This document shows positions 28,794 through 38,602 of a DNA stretch of 64,000 nucleotides, piece after piece. Below the pieces are notes generated by a model. The model saw only the letters and a list, made by a program, of their open reading frames with translations. It was not told the origin of the DNA and did not search any database. The position numbers and the translations under genes were made by a program. Location of the stretch: positions 2,780 to 66,779 of the forward strand of contig JALHMV010000001.1 of NCBI GenBank assembly GCA_022843855.1, given 5' to 3'. The DNA is from Patescibacteria group bacterium. Lineage in GTDB: Bacteria; Patescibacteriota; UBA1384; 2-12-FULL-50-11. Numbering within the stretch: the first letter of the stretch is position 1; the number at the start of each line of letters is the position of its first letter.

Positions 28794-29514
28794 GATGTCG
28801 CGGTCGATGAAATGGTGGATCTGGTCCTCTGTGCTTATTTTGGGCAGCGGTCTACTTTTTTATATCCTTGGTCCGGTCCTATTTGCGAGCGTTGCCTACC
28901 CGCTCAAGTACGAGGCCTCACTCTGTAAGTGGAGCAAGGAGTACGGCGTCGACGTCCATCTCGAAGCGGCAAAGATTATGGCTGAAAGTACTTGGAATCC
29001 CAACGCTCGTTCGTACGCTGGAGCGGTCGGGTTGACCCAGTTCATGCCAGCGACCGGGAAGCGGGTTTATACGACGCTCTACGGCGCCGAAGCGGGAGCA
29101 AGATTCAACGCCAATCAACTACTCGGCAACCCCGACTTGGCGATTCAAATGGGCACATTCCACCTCAAGGAGCTGAGCGACCGCTACGGCGGTAATCTAA
29201 CCAAAGTGCTAATCGCTTACAACGGTGGCGGCGGTGCGGTCCGTCTTTACGAAGCCGGAACTCCAATTACGAGTACCGTTGGCTATGCCAAGAAGATACT
29301 GGCGATGCGCGACGCTTATATAAAGATCTACGGCGACTTCTGTGCTCGGTTGGCGTCCAGACAGTTCGATGTCGAGCCGAGGCGCGATCTATCGGCAATT
29401 GGCAGCATTCCGCTGACTGAATTTTGGCGCAACTTTCTCTTTGTCCAGCGCGCTGATACGACCGACGAGCCGATCCCTCCGATACAAGATTTGTGGCAGA
29501 ACTTACTCCGTTAG
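28794..29514 (+). CDS. lytic transglycosylase (SLT domain) with N-terminal membrane anchor
   Basis: ESTWNPNARSYAGAVGLTQFMPATG (SLT catalytic Glu block), then YNGG. Confidence 0.7.
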
Positions 29515-29522
29515 GCCGTACA

Positions 29523-31208
29523 ATGCACATCGCCCTCCTCCGTCAGAAATTCTTAGAGTTCTTTGCGGCGAGTAACTATAAAGTTCTGCCGGCTGCTTCG
29601 CTTTTGCCGCAGAACGACCCCTCAGTTCTCTTCACTACTGCTGGCATGCAGCAGTTCAAGCCGTTTTACGCCGAGCCCTCAAGCGCACCCTCCCCACAGG
29701 TTGCGACCGTCCAGCCAGTTATTCGAACCTCTGATATTGCCGAAGTCGGCGACGATACTCATCTGACAAGTTTCGAGATGCTCGGCAATTTTCGTTTCGG
29801 CCAAAAGAGCTCGCTGACAATGAAGCGTGAGGCGATCGCCGAGGCGTGGCGTTTCATGACCGAGATTCTTCAGATCGAAGAAGACCGTATGTATGTCACC
29901 GTTTTTGGCGGCGACAAGACGACACCTGCCGACACCGAGTCCGAGGGGGTGTGGCGCTCGTTGGGGGTGAGCGATATCCGCCAGGAAGGGCGGGCGGACA
30001 ATTTTTGGGGGCCGACGGGTGACGAAGGTCCGTGCGGACCGAATACCGAGATTTACGTCGACGGCGTCGAGGTGTGGAATCTAGTTTTCAACCAGTATTT
30101 CCGCGACCGCGACGGTAATTTTACTCCGCTCGAAAACGCCGGACTCGATACAGGGTCTGGGCTTGAGCGTCTTGCGGCTACTCTTGCTGGTAAAAATTCG
30201 GTGTGGGAGATCGAACCATTTGCGGGGTGGGTGTCGCACACCGATCCGAGTAAGGTTCGCGAAAGCCGAATAATTATCGACCACCTTCGCGCTATAATTT
30301 TCCTCATTGCTTCGGGGGTCCTACCGGGTAATAAGGGGAGAGAATATATTTTGCGTCGTCTTATTCGAAAAGCCGTCTTTTTAGCCAGTCAACTGAACCG
30401 AGGATTCGATTGGGACATCGCTGTTTTTCATATTCACGCGTTTTACAGCCCTGTGTACGAATTGACGAACAAGGACGATATCCTCGAAGTAATATTGGCC
30501 GAAAAACAGCAATTCGACCGCAACCTCAATCGCGCCCGACTGTATCTTGAGAAATGGCTGAAGAACCACAGCGACGTCGATGAAAAGGCGATTACCGAAC
30601 TGGCATTTTATATGTATGAGTCGTTCGGCTTTCCAAAAGAGTTAGTGATCGAGTATTTAGCCGGCTTGGGTTGGAAGATAAATAACGATCATTTCAACGA
30701 ACTGTTTACGAAGCACCAGGCGGTTTCCCGGTCAGGCCTTGAACGACAGTTCAAAGGCGGTCTCGCCGATCACGAACCCCAGACAATACGGCACCATACC
30801 GCTCACCACCTCCTTTTAGCCGCGTTGCAGGAAGTGCTTGGCAAGGACGTTGTTCAGAAAGGTTCAAACGTAACGAGCGAGCGCCTACGTATCGATTTTA
30901 ACTTTGACCGAAAATTAACCGAACACGAACTCGAAAAGATCGAAACAATCGTTAACCAAAAGATTGCTGAGGATCTACCGGTGCTAGGTGAAGAGATGGG
31001 CCGTGATGAGGCGCTCAAGAGCGGTGCTCAAGCCGAGTTTGGCGCAAAGTACGGTAGTAAAGTAACCGTTTACACGATCGGGGATTTTTCAAAAGAGTTG
31101 TGCGGCGGTCCGCACGTTCAGCGAACTGGAGAATTAGGAAAATTCAAAATCCTCAAAGAAGAAGCCTCGAGCCAGGGAGTCCGGCGGATTAAGGCACGGC
31201 TAAACTAA
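29523..31208 (+). CDS. alaS: alanine--tRNA ligase, short form (about 561 aa)
   Basis: FLEFF...LFTTAGMQQFK and DTGSGLER. The tRNA-binding IIIDHLRAIIFLIASGV...REYILRRLIRKAV and the editing HxxxH...CGGPH are present. The protein ends GVRRIKARLN at the end of the editing domain, with no C-Ala domain. Confidence 0.85.
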   Translation: MHIALLRQKFLEFFAASNYKVLPAASLLPQNDPSVLFTTAGMQQFKPFYAEPSSAPSPQVATVQPVIRTSDIAEVGDDTHLTSFEMLGNFRFGQKSSLTMKREAIAEAWRFMTEILQIEEDRMYVTVFGGDKTTPADTESEGVWRSLGVSDIRQEGRADNFWGPTGDEGPCGPNTEIYVDGVEVWNLVFNQYFRDRDGNFTPLENAGLDTGSGLERLAATLAGKNSVWEIEPFAGWVSHTDPSKVRESRIIIDHLRAIIFLIASGVLPGNKGREYILRRLIRKAVFLASQLNRGFDWDIAVFHIHAFYSPVYELTNKDDILEVILAEKQQFDRNLNRARLYLEKWLKNHSDVDEKAITELAFYMYESFGFPKELVIEYLAGLGWKINNDHFNELFTKHQAVSRSGLERQFKGGLADHEPQTIRHHTAHHLLLAALQEVLGKDVVQKGSNVTSERLRIDFNFDRKLTEHELEKIETIVNQKIAEDLPVLGEEMGRDEALKSGAQAEFGAKYGSKVTVYTIGDFSKELCGGPHVQRTGELGKFKILKEEASSQGVRRIKARLN

Positions 31209-31594
31209 GCCTTCGGTTGTCGAGCAAGCGCGGCCTCGTACTCGGCCTTTTTGTCATCAGCCATCTCAACAATCTGACTGAATTGCTCACCGGCTTGATA
31301 CGCGGTGTCTCCGAGCTCTTGCATATCTTCGATAGCGGCTTCGATAAAACCGCCCTTAAATTTCAAAACAGCAGAATCATACGCGAGAAGAAAGCGAGCG
31401 GTGTCGCCGTCTGCTTCTTTGTCGGCTAAGTGCGCTCCAAGTTCCTGGAAGTAGCCAAGTAACTTAGGGGTTAGCGGATTGCCTGCCTCTATGTCTGACT
31501 CAATCGCCGCCATTTGGCTACGAATGTTCTCGGTCTCAACGTTGTCCGGCGTCTCGCTAGTTTCTGGTGCGGGTTGGGGTTCATTCTCGTTCAT
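31205..31594 (-). CDS. small acidic hypothetical protein
   Basis: Start placed at MNENEPQ with the AAAGGAAAA region upstream. The listed 238 aa ORF extends upstream into the divergent ftsA region and is probably over-called. Confidence 0.4.
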   Translation of the reverse strand: MNENEPQPAPETSETPDNVETENIRSQMAAIESDIEAGNPLTPKLLGYFQELGAHLADKEADGDTARFLLAYDSAVLKFKGGFIEAAIEDMQELGDTAYQAGEQFSQIVEMADDKKAEYEAALARQPKA

Positions 31595-31745
31595 ATCGCC
31601 ACTATACACTTTTCCTTTGCGCAATCTGGTTGGGCTTGGTAAGCTGAACCTACCAAATGGGGATCTTCGGAGGGAAGAAAAAACGGGGCTCAAACTGGGC
31701 TGTATCGCTCGATATCGACCTACGGTCGTATCTAACAAAACAACG

Positions 31746-32990
31746 ATGAGTATTTTTCGCAGTAAGAAAAAACAAAACAATTGGGCTGTTTCGTTAGATA
31801 TCGGAACGGAATTCGTGAAGGCTCTCGTTTTTGAGGTGGTTGACGGTAAGGGCCACGTCCGCGGTGCTGCTAGAGAACGGCAACGACTCTCGGATATGCA
31901 CGGCGGTGGTGTAACCGACATTCACGGCGTTGCCCAAAACTGCGAGAAAGCGATTGAAGCCGCCGCCAACCAAGTCGGTACCCTACCGAGTCAGGCTGTC
32001 GTCGGGATTGCCGGTGAGCTCGTAAAAGGAACGACCACGAGCGTCAAAGTCACCCGGGCGAATCCAGCAACTCAAATTCAAATGAGCGAGCTCCAGGATA
32101 TTGTGAACCAGGTTCAGGCCGAGGCCTTCCGGCGAGCGCGAGCGGAGCTTGCTACTGAGACCGGCCAAGAAGAGATCGATGTTCAGCTTGTTAACGCTGC
32201 GATCGTCTCGGTTGTTATCGACGGCTATAAAGTCTCGAACCCGATGAGCTACCAGGGAAAAGAGCTGTCGGTCGGTGTCTACAACTCCTTCGCGCCGATC
32301 GTTCAACTCGGGGCGCTGGAGACAATCGTCAGGGAGTTGGGTATGGATCTACTCGCGGTAGCAGCAGAACCGTACGCGGTGGCCCGCTGTCTCGATGAGG
32401 AGTCGGCTGATTTTGCGGCCATATTTGTCGATATCGGAGGCGGTACAACCGACATCGCTGTCGTTCGGAACGGCGGAGTTGAGGGAACGAAGATGTTTGC
32501 CATCGGTGGCCGGTCGTTTACGAAGCGCGTCGCTGCGGTTTTGGGCGAAGGCTTTCCCGAGGGTGAGGCCTCCAAGATTAAGTATTCGAACAATGAGCTG
32601 GAGCCAGAGAAAGCCGAGCTTGTGCGCCACGCCCTTCAAAACGATATTCGAGTGTGGATCTCGGCGCTGCAATTGTCTCTGGAGGAGTTTGGCGAGACCG
32701 ACCTTTTACCGTCAAAGATTCTTCTGTGCGGCGGGGGGAGCAATTTGCCGGAAATTCGGAGCGCCCTTCTTGAGAAGGGCTGGATCAAGGGCTTGCCGTT
32801 CGCCCGGCAACCTGACGTTCAATTTTTGAAACCGAGCGACGTTGTTACAATGGTTGATGAGACGAAAATGCTTTCTGATCCGGCAGATGTTACGCCGTTA
32901 GCATTAGGTAACGTTGGCTTAGATCTTGTCGGAGAAGGGACCGTTCTTGAGAGCATGATGCGACGAGCACTAAGCGGAATGAAACAATAA
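31746..32990 (+). CDS. ftsA: cell division protein FtsA (actin-like ATPase)
   Basis: VSLDIGTEFVKALVFE, AAEPYAVARCL and FVDIGGGTTDIAVV. Start at MSIFRSKKK rather than the listed 31479. Confidence 0.8.
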   Translation: MSIFRSKKKQNNWAVSLDIGTEFVKALVFEVVDGKGHVRGAARERQRLSDMHGGGVTDIHGVAQNCEKAIEAAANQVGTLPSQAVVGIAGELVKGTTTSVKVTRANPATQIQMSELQDIVNQVQAEAFRRARAELATETGQEEIDVQLVNAAIVSVVIDGYKVSNPMSYQGKELSVGVYNSFAPIVQLGALETIVRELGMDLLAVAAEPYAVARCLDEESADFAAIFVDIGGGTTDIAVVRNGGVEGTKMFAIGGRSFTKRVAAVLGEGFPEGEASKIKYSNNELEPEKAELVRHALQNDIRVWISALQLSLEEFGETDLLPSKILLCGGGSNLPEIRSALLEKGWIKGLPFARQPDVQFLKPSDVVTMVDETKMLSDPADVTPLALGNVGLDLVGEGTVLESMMRRALSGMKQ

Positions 32991-32991
32991 G

Positions 32992-34770
32992 ATGGAACAA
33001 ATTTTTCTCGAACCAAACGAAGAAATAACCTCGGTTATCGATAAGCTCTCGAGCGCATCAAGCGGGAAAGTTGCCGTTGTTGTTCCGAAGAACAGTACGA
33101 TGTTCCAAAGCCTTGTTAATCTGAAGCTTCTTGCAAAACAGGCCAAGGAACTGAACCGCGAAGTTGTGCTCATTACTACGAATAAAGTTGGTCAGCGACT
33201 AGCTGCTCAGGTTGGTATCGAAACGTATGCCACTGTTGGAACGGTACGTCCAGCACCTCAGACTCCTGCTACCGCCGCTCCTCAGGCATCGGCGGCACCC
33301 GCACCTGAACCAGAAACGTTACCGGATGGCACGCCTGTCCGTCGCTACGTGCCACCGATCCCTGGTGGTACGCCGCCGCCCGTAGCGACCACGAGTGAAG
33401 CTGAAGAGGTCGCGGAGAAACCAGACGCCGACCCGATTATAAATGTGGCGCAGCCGAACGACTTACCTACAGAAGCGGTAACAGTTGAAGCACGTCAGTC
33501 ACCCGATCCCCCGGTCGAAGCGGTGTCAAAACCTGAACCGGCCGCTGAACGATCAAACGACCTCCCGCCAATTATTAGCCGTGGCGTTGCGACTCGTCAG
33601 GAATTTCACTTCCAGCTGCCGTGGAAATCGCTACTGGCAGCGGCCGTTCTACTGCTTATTACTTTCACTCTTGTATATATTATGGTGCCAAAAGCAACTG
33701 TGACCGTTACCCTGCCTGCCAAAGCTGTCAGTGAAACGATTGATGTAGCTGTCCGCACGGTCGCTGACCAGTCCGACAACTCTATTACCGGCAACCTCCT
33801 AACCGTCGAGAAGTCCTTGACGAAGCCAGTAGCGGCAACGGGTAAAAAAGATATTGGGACGAAGGCGACCGGCACACTCGCTTTCCGCAACTGCGAGGAC
33901 ACAAGCACTCACCCGGTAGTGGCGGGGAGTAAGGTGACTTCTGCTGGAAAGACTTTCCTGACGAACGCCGCGGTAACGATACCGGCGGGAAGTTTTAGCG
34001 GCGGCGGCAGCGTTTGTAACTCGGCAAGCGTCAATGTCGCTGTTTCGGCGGAAGTCGCCGGTGAGGCGCACAATATTGCCAACGGAACATTTGCCATTAC
34101 TGGACTCTCGACGCGCATTAGCGGGACGGGTACGACAACCGGCGGAACGACTAAACAGGTGACGATTCTTACGCAGGCTGATATCGATCAGGGACTGGCC
34201 GCTCTTGAGAAGCAGGCGACTGACGAATCGACAGCCGAACTCAATGCAAAGGCCGAAGGGCAAACGATTTTGGCGGAAGCGATCACCCAAACGATCAAAA
34301 CGCGAACGAGCGACAAGAAGGTTGATGAGCAAGTAGAGGCCGCGACCGTTACGCTGGTGACAACCGTTGCAACAATCGCCTACGACAAAGCGGCTCTTGA
34401 GGCGAAGCATCGAGAAGCGCTGATGAAAAAAATCGATCAAGGTCAGAAGTTGGAGATTCCGGCAGACAGGGCACCGATTACAGTTTTTAAGAGCTACAGC
34501 GAAGACAAATCCGTTCTTACCCTGACGCTTTCCGGGGACGGATTTGGAGTCCCTGACATTAGCAAGCAAGATCTCGCCGGCGCAGTTCGGCATACAACCA
34601 AGATGGGGGCCGAGTCAAAGCTGAAGGAAGCGTACGGCGCCACTGAGGTAAAGATTGAGATGAGCCCGGCGTGGTGGCTCGATCGCCTTCCGATTCTATC
34701 TGGGGCAATCACGGTCGAGTACGGTTTTAGCGAAGTGATGCCGACTGTAGAATCGGTGCCCGAAGAATGA
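32992..34770 (+). CDS. bitopic membrane protein of unknown function immediately downstream of ftsA
   Basis: ATG 1 nt after the ftsA stop. About 85 aa N-terminal globular part, a Pro/Ala/Glu-rich linker, a single TM (LLAAAVLLLITFTLVYIMV), and about 350 aa extracytoplasmic region rich in T/A/G/V. Confidence 0.5.
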   Translation: MEQIFLEPNEEITSVIDKLSSASSGKVAVVVPKNSTMFQSLVNLKLLAKQAKELNREVVLITTNKVGQRLAAQVGIETYATVGTVRPAPQTPATAAPQASAAPAPEPETLPDGTPVRRYVPPIPGGTPPPVATTSEAEEVAEKPDADPIINVAQPNDLPTEAVTVEARQSPDPPVEAVSKPEPAAERSNDLPPIISRGVATRQEFHFQLPWKSLLAAAVLLLITFTLVYIMVPKATVTVTLPAKAVSETIDVAVRTVADQSDNSITGNLLTVEKSLTKPVAATGKKDIGTKATGTLAFRNCEDTSTHPVVAGSKVTSAGKTFLTNAAVTIPAGSFSGGGSVCNSASVNVAVSAEVAGEAHNIANGTFAITGLSTRISGTGTTTGGTTKQVTILTQADIDQGLAALEKQATDESTAELNAKAEGQTILAEAITQTIKTRTSDKKVDEQVEAATVTLVTTVATIAYDKAALEAKHREALMKKIDQGQKLEIPADRAPITVFKSYSEDKSVLTLTLSGDGFGVPDISKQDLAGAVRHTTKMGAESKLKEAYGATEVKIEMSPAWWLDRLPILSGAITVEYGFSEVMPTVESVPEE

Positions 34771-35201
34771 AGTACCTTGGTCTGGACGTCGGGCAGCGAA
34801 AGATCGGAGTAGCGGTCGGTGAGGTGCTCGCTACCGAACTGCTGACGCTGCGCTGCAATCAACACGAATCTTTCTACGCTAATCCGGCGCGCTCACGTGC
34901 CTACGACGAAATAGAAACAATCATGAACGAAGAAGGAGCGGCTGGGATAGTGGTCGGACTTCCGGTTAAGGAAGACGGTACTGCCAGCGAAGAGTCGGCG
35001 AAGATAGCTGAGTTCTGTGACGGTCTTTCTACCGCATTGGACGTAACCGTTCATACCGTTGACGAGACTCTCACTTCATTTATGGCCCGAGACATTTTGG
35101 AAAGCCAGGGGATCATCGGAGCGGAGCTGGAGAATCGCCTCGATCAAGCGAGCGCAGCGTTGATACTGCAGCAGTACCTGGAGGAGCATGCGACGATTTA
35201 A
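34767..35201 (+). CDS. ruvX: Holliday-junction-resolvase-like putative pre-16S rRNA nuclease YqgF/RuvX
   Basis: YLGLDVGQRKIGVAV; 144 aa. Confidence 0.8.
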   Translation: MKYLGLDVGQRKIGVAVGEVLATELLTLRCNQHESFYANPARSRAYDEIETIMNEEGAAGIVVGLPVKEDGTASEESAKIAEFCDGLSTALDVTVHTVDETLTSFMARDILESQGIIGAELENRLDQASAALILQQYLEEHATI

Positions 35202-36102
35202 ATTGATTGCCCTCGGACTCTTCGTATTTGTCTTGCTGTTAGCTGGTTTATTTATTAATAACCTCGGACCCGTCAACGGTGAGAGTAACGAAACAGAAGA
35301 GTTCGTTGTCGCCGCCGGAACTAGTACGGCCGCTATCGCCCGACAGTTAGAAGAGAAGGGACTGATTAAGAATAGCTTCTCGCTCTACGTGTATTTAAAA
35401 ATGATTGGCGGCAAGATCCTGCCTGGAACGTACGACATTTCCCGGTCTCAATCGGCCACGGCCATCGGTTGGATGCTCGGATCCGGTAAATATAAGACGG
35501 AGCGACTCACGATCATTGAGGGCTGGCGGGTGACCCAAATCGATCAGTACATTCGAACGGAAAAAAAGCTGAAGAATGTGGACGATTTTCTGTCCAAAGC
35601 TCAGCCGCTCGAGGGCTACCTTTTTCCCGACACGTATGACGTGCGGATTGATATTACCAGCGACGCCTTGATTAAGCTGATGCGCGATACTTTCGAAAAG
35701 AAGACCGCTCAACTCAGGCTGACCCCCGAGACGGTTATTTTGGCATCGATCGTGGAGCGAGAGGCGCAGAGTCAGAGCGACCGGGCGCCGATTGCTGGCG
35801 TCTATAGTAACCGGATGAAGATTGGCATGAAACTCGACGCTGATCCGACCGTTCAGTATGCTAAAGGCTCCTGGAAGACTATTACCCGGGACGACTACCG
35901 TTCAACGATCTCACCGTACAATACCTACCTTAACGCTGGACTGCCGCCAGGGCCGATTTGCAGTCCCGGGCTTGCCGCACTCGAAGCGGCCGCCGCTCCG
36001 GCCGAGCACGACTACCTTTTTTTCTTCCACGCTCAAGGTAAAACGCATTTCTCTAAAACACTCGCCGAACATAGCGCGAAAGTTGCGCAATATCTTCGAT
36101 GA
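35188..36102 (+). CDS. mltG: endolytic murein transglycosylase MltG (YceG family)
   Basis: N-terminal TM, LTIIEGW, ASIVEREA, DPTVQYA and SPYNTYLNAGLPPGPICSPG. Confidence 0.85.
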   Translation: MRRFKLIALGLFVFVLLLAGLFINNLGPVNGESNETEEFVVAAGTSTAAIARQLEEKGLIKNSFSLYVYLKMIGGKILPGTYDISRSQSATAIGWMLGSGKYKTERLTIIEGWRVTQIDQYIRTEKKLKNVDDFLSKAQPLEGYLFPDTYDVRIDITSDALIKLMRDTFEKKTAQLRLTPETVILASIVEREAQSQSDRAPIAGVYSNRMKIGMKLDADPTVQYAKGSWKTITRDDYRSTISPYNTYLNAGLPPGPICSPGLAALEAAAAPAEHDYLFFFHAQGKTHFSKTLAEHSAKVAQYLR

Positions 36103-36737
36103 CGACGCTCGGTGTCGCGTTGCTGTTCATCCCGACTGTGCTTGCGGCGACGGGAGCGTATCTGCGCCCCGATCTTCGTCGACCGATGCTCTGGGGCGGG
36201 CTACTTGCCGTTCCGATCCTTCTTGTCTTCCCACTCACCTTCCACTTCTTACATTTCCCGTTTGGCCTTCTCCGTCTGGTCACGTTGTTTATGTTTGGAG
36301 CTGTTGCTGCGGCGGCGTATGAAGTGCTGTTTAGTAAGCATTTCAAGCTGCATAGCCGATCAAGACAGCCGCTCCTCTGGCTCCTGGTTGGGCCGATTAT
36401 CTTCTTAGTTGGCGTGATGTCCACAGCCGAAACGGTTAGTCCGTTAATCTGTGCGCTGTTAGTCGAGGTCGGTATTGTTGTTGCGTTCCGACGAGATTTG
36501 GTTTGGGACGTACTCTTCTCCGGAGCGGCGATGGCACTCTTTTACGTCAGCTCAACATTCTTGCTGGTCAGGATACTTGGCGTTCCTTCTAATCTCGGTG
36601 TTTTAGCTGAAACAACGTTCTCCGGATTTACTCTACTTGGTATACCGGTTGAAGAGATTGTTGCGGTGGCGTTGTTCGGAGCGTTGTGGGGCCCGATGTA
36701 CCCAGCCTTCAAGGATCTGAAGTTAAAGAAGCGCTGA
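36099..36737 (+). CDS. hypothetical polytopic membrane protein
   Basis: 212 aa, about 6 TM helices, no diagnostic motif. Confidence 0.45.
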   Translation: MTTLGVALLFIPTVLAATGAYLRPDLRRPMLWGGLLAVPILLVFPLTFHFLHFPFGLLRLVTLFMFGAVAAAAYEVLFSKHFKLHSRSRQPLLWLLVGPIIFLVGVMSTAETVSPLICALLVEVGIVVAFRRDLVWDVLFSGAAMALFYVSSTFLLVRILGVPSNLGVLAETTFSGFTLLGIPVEEIVAVALFGALWGPMYPAFKDLKLKKR

Positions 36738-38602
36738 TGCGTCGCCATCATCCGAAAATTCTTGTTGGCTTGATCGTACTCGGTTTCACTGCGCTAGTGA
36801 CTCTTATATATATCGCTGGTCGATACGCGCCGATTCAAACAATCGTGAGCGGCCTGGCCAGTGATAACCGGGTCGGGTTACAGGAGGCTGTGACTGTTCG
36901 TTTTTCGTTACCTGTCAATCGACGGCTGATTGTGCCCAAGATCGTACCAACGATCGAGGGAAGCTGGCGGTGGAGCGATGGGAGATTTGCCCGGGAGCTG
37001 ACCTTTCAACCCGAGACCGTCTGGCTACCAGAACAGCAGTACACCATCAGTGTTGATGGGGTTGGGCCGATTCTTTCTTCAGCTGGCTCTGTCGTACAGT
37101 TTGCGGTCAATGTACGCGAATTACCAACGATAGTGGCGGCATCCGTTTCTGAGAACGCGACTGATGTTGAGCCAGACGGTACGATTCAACTATCCCTTGA
37201 TCAGTCCCTCAGCAATGTGGTCGACTTTTCTTTTCGGCTGGAACCCGCAGCCGATGTTGTGATCGAAGCTGACCCAGTTAACAGTCAATATAGAATTCGG
37301 CCGGTTCGTCCGTTGATTGCAGGGCAGTCATATCGGCTCATCGCCGAGCGTGAGCTGGTTCATATCGCCGCAGCCAGTCAGACTGCGGTTAAGCGCGAGC
37401 CGAAAGAAAAGATCTTCGAACGATCATTTACCGTCACGACCCCACCAGCGGTTATACGATTTGATCCTTCGGGGGAGGCAGTAGCGCCAACAAATCGAAC
37501 GATAGTTCTAGAATTCTCAGCGGCAATGGATCAAGCGTCGGTTGACGCGGTTCTGGAACTGACTCCGCGCTTAGCCGGTTCCTGGCGATGGGAGAACGCG
37601 AAAGTACTGGTGTTTGAAGCCCAGGGAGAGCTCCCATTCGATACCGACTTTTCAGTCACCATTCCTGCCGGCGTCAAGGATCTGACAGGTACGCCAACGA
37701 CCGAAGCGATTAAGGTTGGATTCCGCACTGTTGGTGCGCTTCGGGTCGTGGGGGCAACCCCGAATAAAAAGAGCGGCATTAGCCGTACCTCGCCGGTAAC
37801 CGTGACGTTTGACCAACAGCCAGATCAGGCAAGCGTTACCGACGCGCTTTCCGTGCAACCGCCAACGGCGTATGCGGTGTCGTGGCAAGAAAAGAGCTTG
37901 AAAATTCAGCCAACGAACGGCTGGGCCTACAACACTAAGTACACAATTGCACTGCGGCGCGGAGCGTTGGGTCAGTACGGCGTGCCGAGTCGATCTGAGA
38001 CAATCGTTACTTTTACGACTGAGGAGAAGGTTGTACTGCTAAATATTGCGTGGGATCGACAGGATCGGGCCTTATCGTGCGAGGCAGCGGCGCTCAAGAT
38101 GGCCTTGGCTGGTAAAGGTGTACGAGTGAGCGAAGACGACATTATGGCCCGAGTCGGCTACGATCCCACGCCGCGAACACCGGGAGGGTGGGGGGATCCG
38201 GACGTTGCGTTTGTCGGAGAAATAAACGGTGCGCAGAACACCACTGGATACGGCGTACATTGGGATCCGATTGCGCGTGCTGCTTCGGCGTGGCGGCCAG
38301 CACGAGTTGTCAGCGGGATCTCTCTCCAGGAGGCAGCACGTCAATTAGAGGCGGGAAACCCGATTGTAATATGGGGGGTACAGGGGGCCGCTTACGCCGA
38401 TCCCTGGGTCACACCCGCCGGCCGAACAATCAATGCCTGGAAGGGCGAGCACGCCCGTACTCTCATCGGCTTCCGCGGCAGCGTCGACAACCCAACGAGC
38501 TTTATTATTAACGATCCGATCGCAGGACGACTAACCTGGTCGGCAGCAAAGCTACGAAGCGATTGGTCGAAGTTTGGTTTTCATGGGGTTGTTGTCGAGT
38601 GA
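36737..38602 (+). CDS. membrane-anchored protein with repeated Ig-like beta domains and a C-terminal Peptidase_C39_2-like domain
   Basis: N-terminal TM. Internal repeats of the kind GSWRWSDGRFARELTFQPE / GSWRWENAKVLVFEAQGE. The C-terminus has ALSCEAAALKMALAGKG...NPIVIWGV...AHARTLIGFRG...IINDP (Cys/His papain-like pattern). Confidence 0.55.
   Translation: MRRHHPKILVGLIVLGFTALVTLIYIAGRYAPIQTIVSGLASDNRVGLQEAVTVRFSLPVNRRLIVPKIVPTIEGSWRWSDGRFARELTFQPETVWLPEQQYTISVDGVGPILSSAGSVVQFAVNVRELPTIVAASVSENATDVEPDGTIQLSLDQSLSNVVDFSFRLEPAADVVIEADPVNSQYRIRPVRPLIAGQSYRLIAERELVHIAAASQTAVKREPKEKIFERSFTVTTPPAVIRFDPSGEAVAPTNRTIVLEFSAAMDQASVDAVLELTPRLAGSWRWENAKVLVFEAQGELPFDTDFSVTIPAGVKDLTGTPTTEAIKVGFRTVGALRVVGATPNKKSGISRTSPVTVTFDQQPDQASVTDALSVQPPTAYAVSWQEKSLKIQPTNGWAYNTKYTIALRRGALGQYGVPSRSETIVTFTTEEKVVLLNIAWDRQDRALSCEAAALKMALAGKGVRVSEDDIMARVGYDPTPRTPGGWGDPDVAFVGEINGAQNTTGYGVHWDPIARAASAWRPARVVSGISLQEAARQLEAGNPIVIWGVQGAAYADPWVTPAGRTINAWKGEHARTLIGFRGSVDNPTSFIINDPIAGRLTWSAAKLRSDWSKFGFHGVVVE

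Noticed and set aside
28508-28810. Listed 100 aa ORF
   Set aside because: It begins inside tRNA-Leu and its terminator hairpin. The real gene starts at 28794 in a different frame (SLT-domain protein).
31595-31921. Upstream 109 aa of the listed 238 aa minus-strand ORF
   Set aside because: P/S/R-rich low complexity overlapping the divergent ftsA promoter and ftsA 5' region. The real start was placed at MNENEP (31594).
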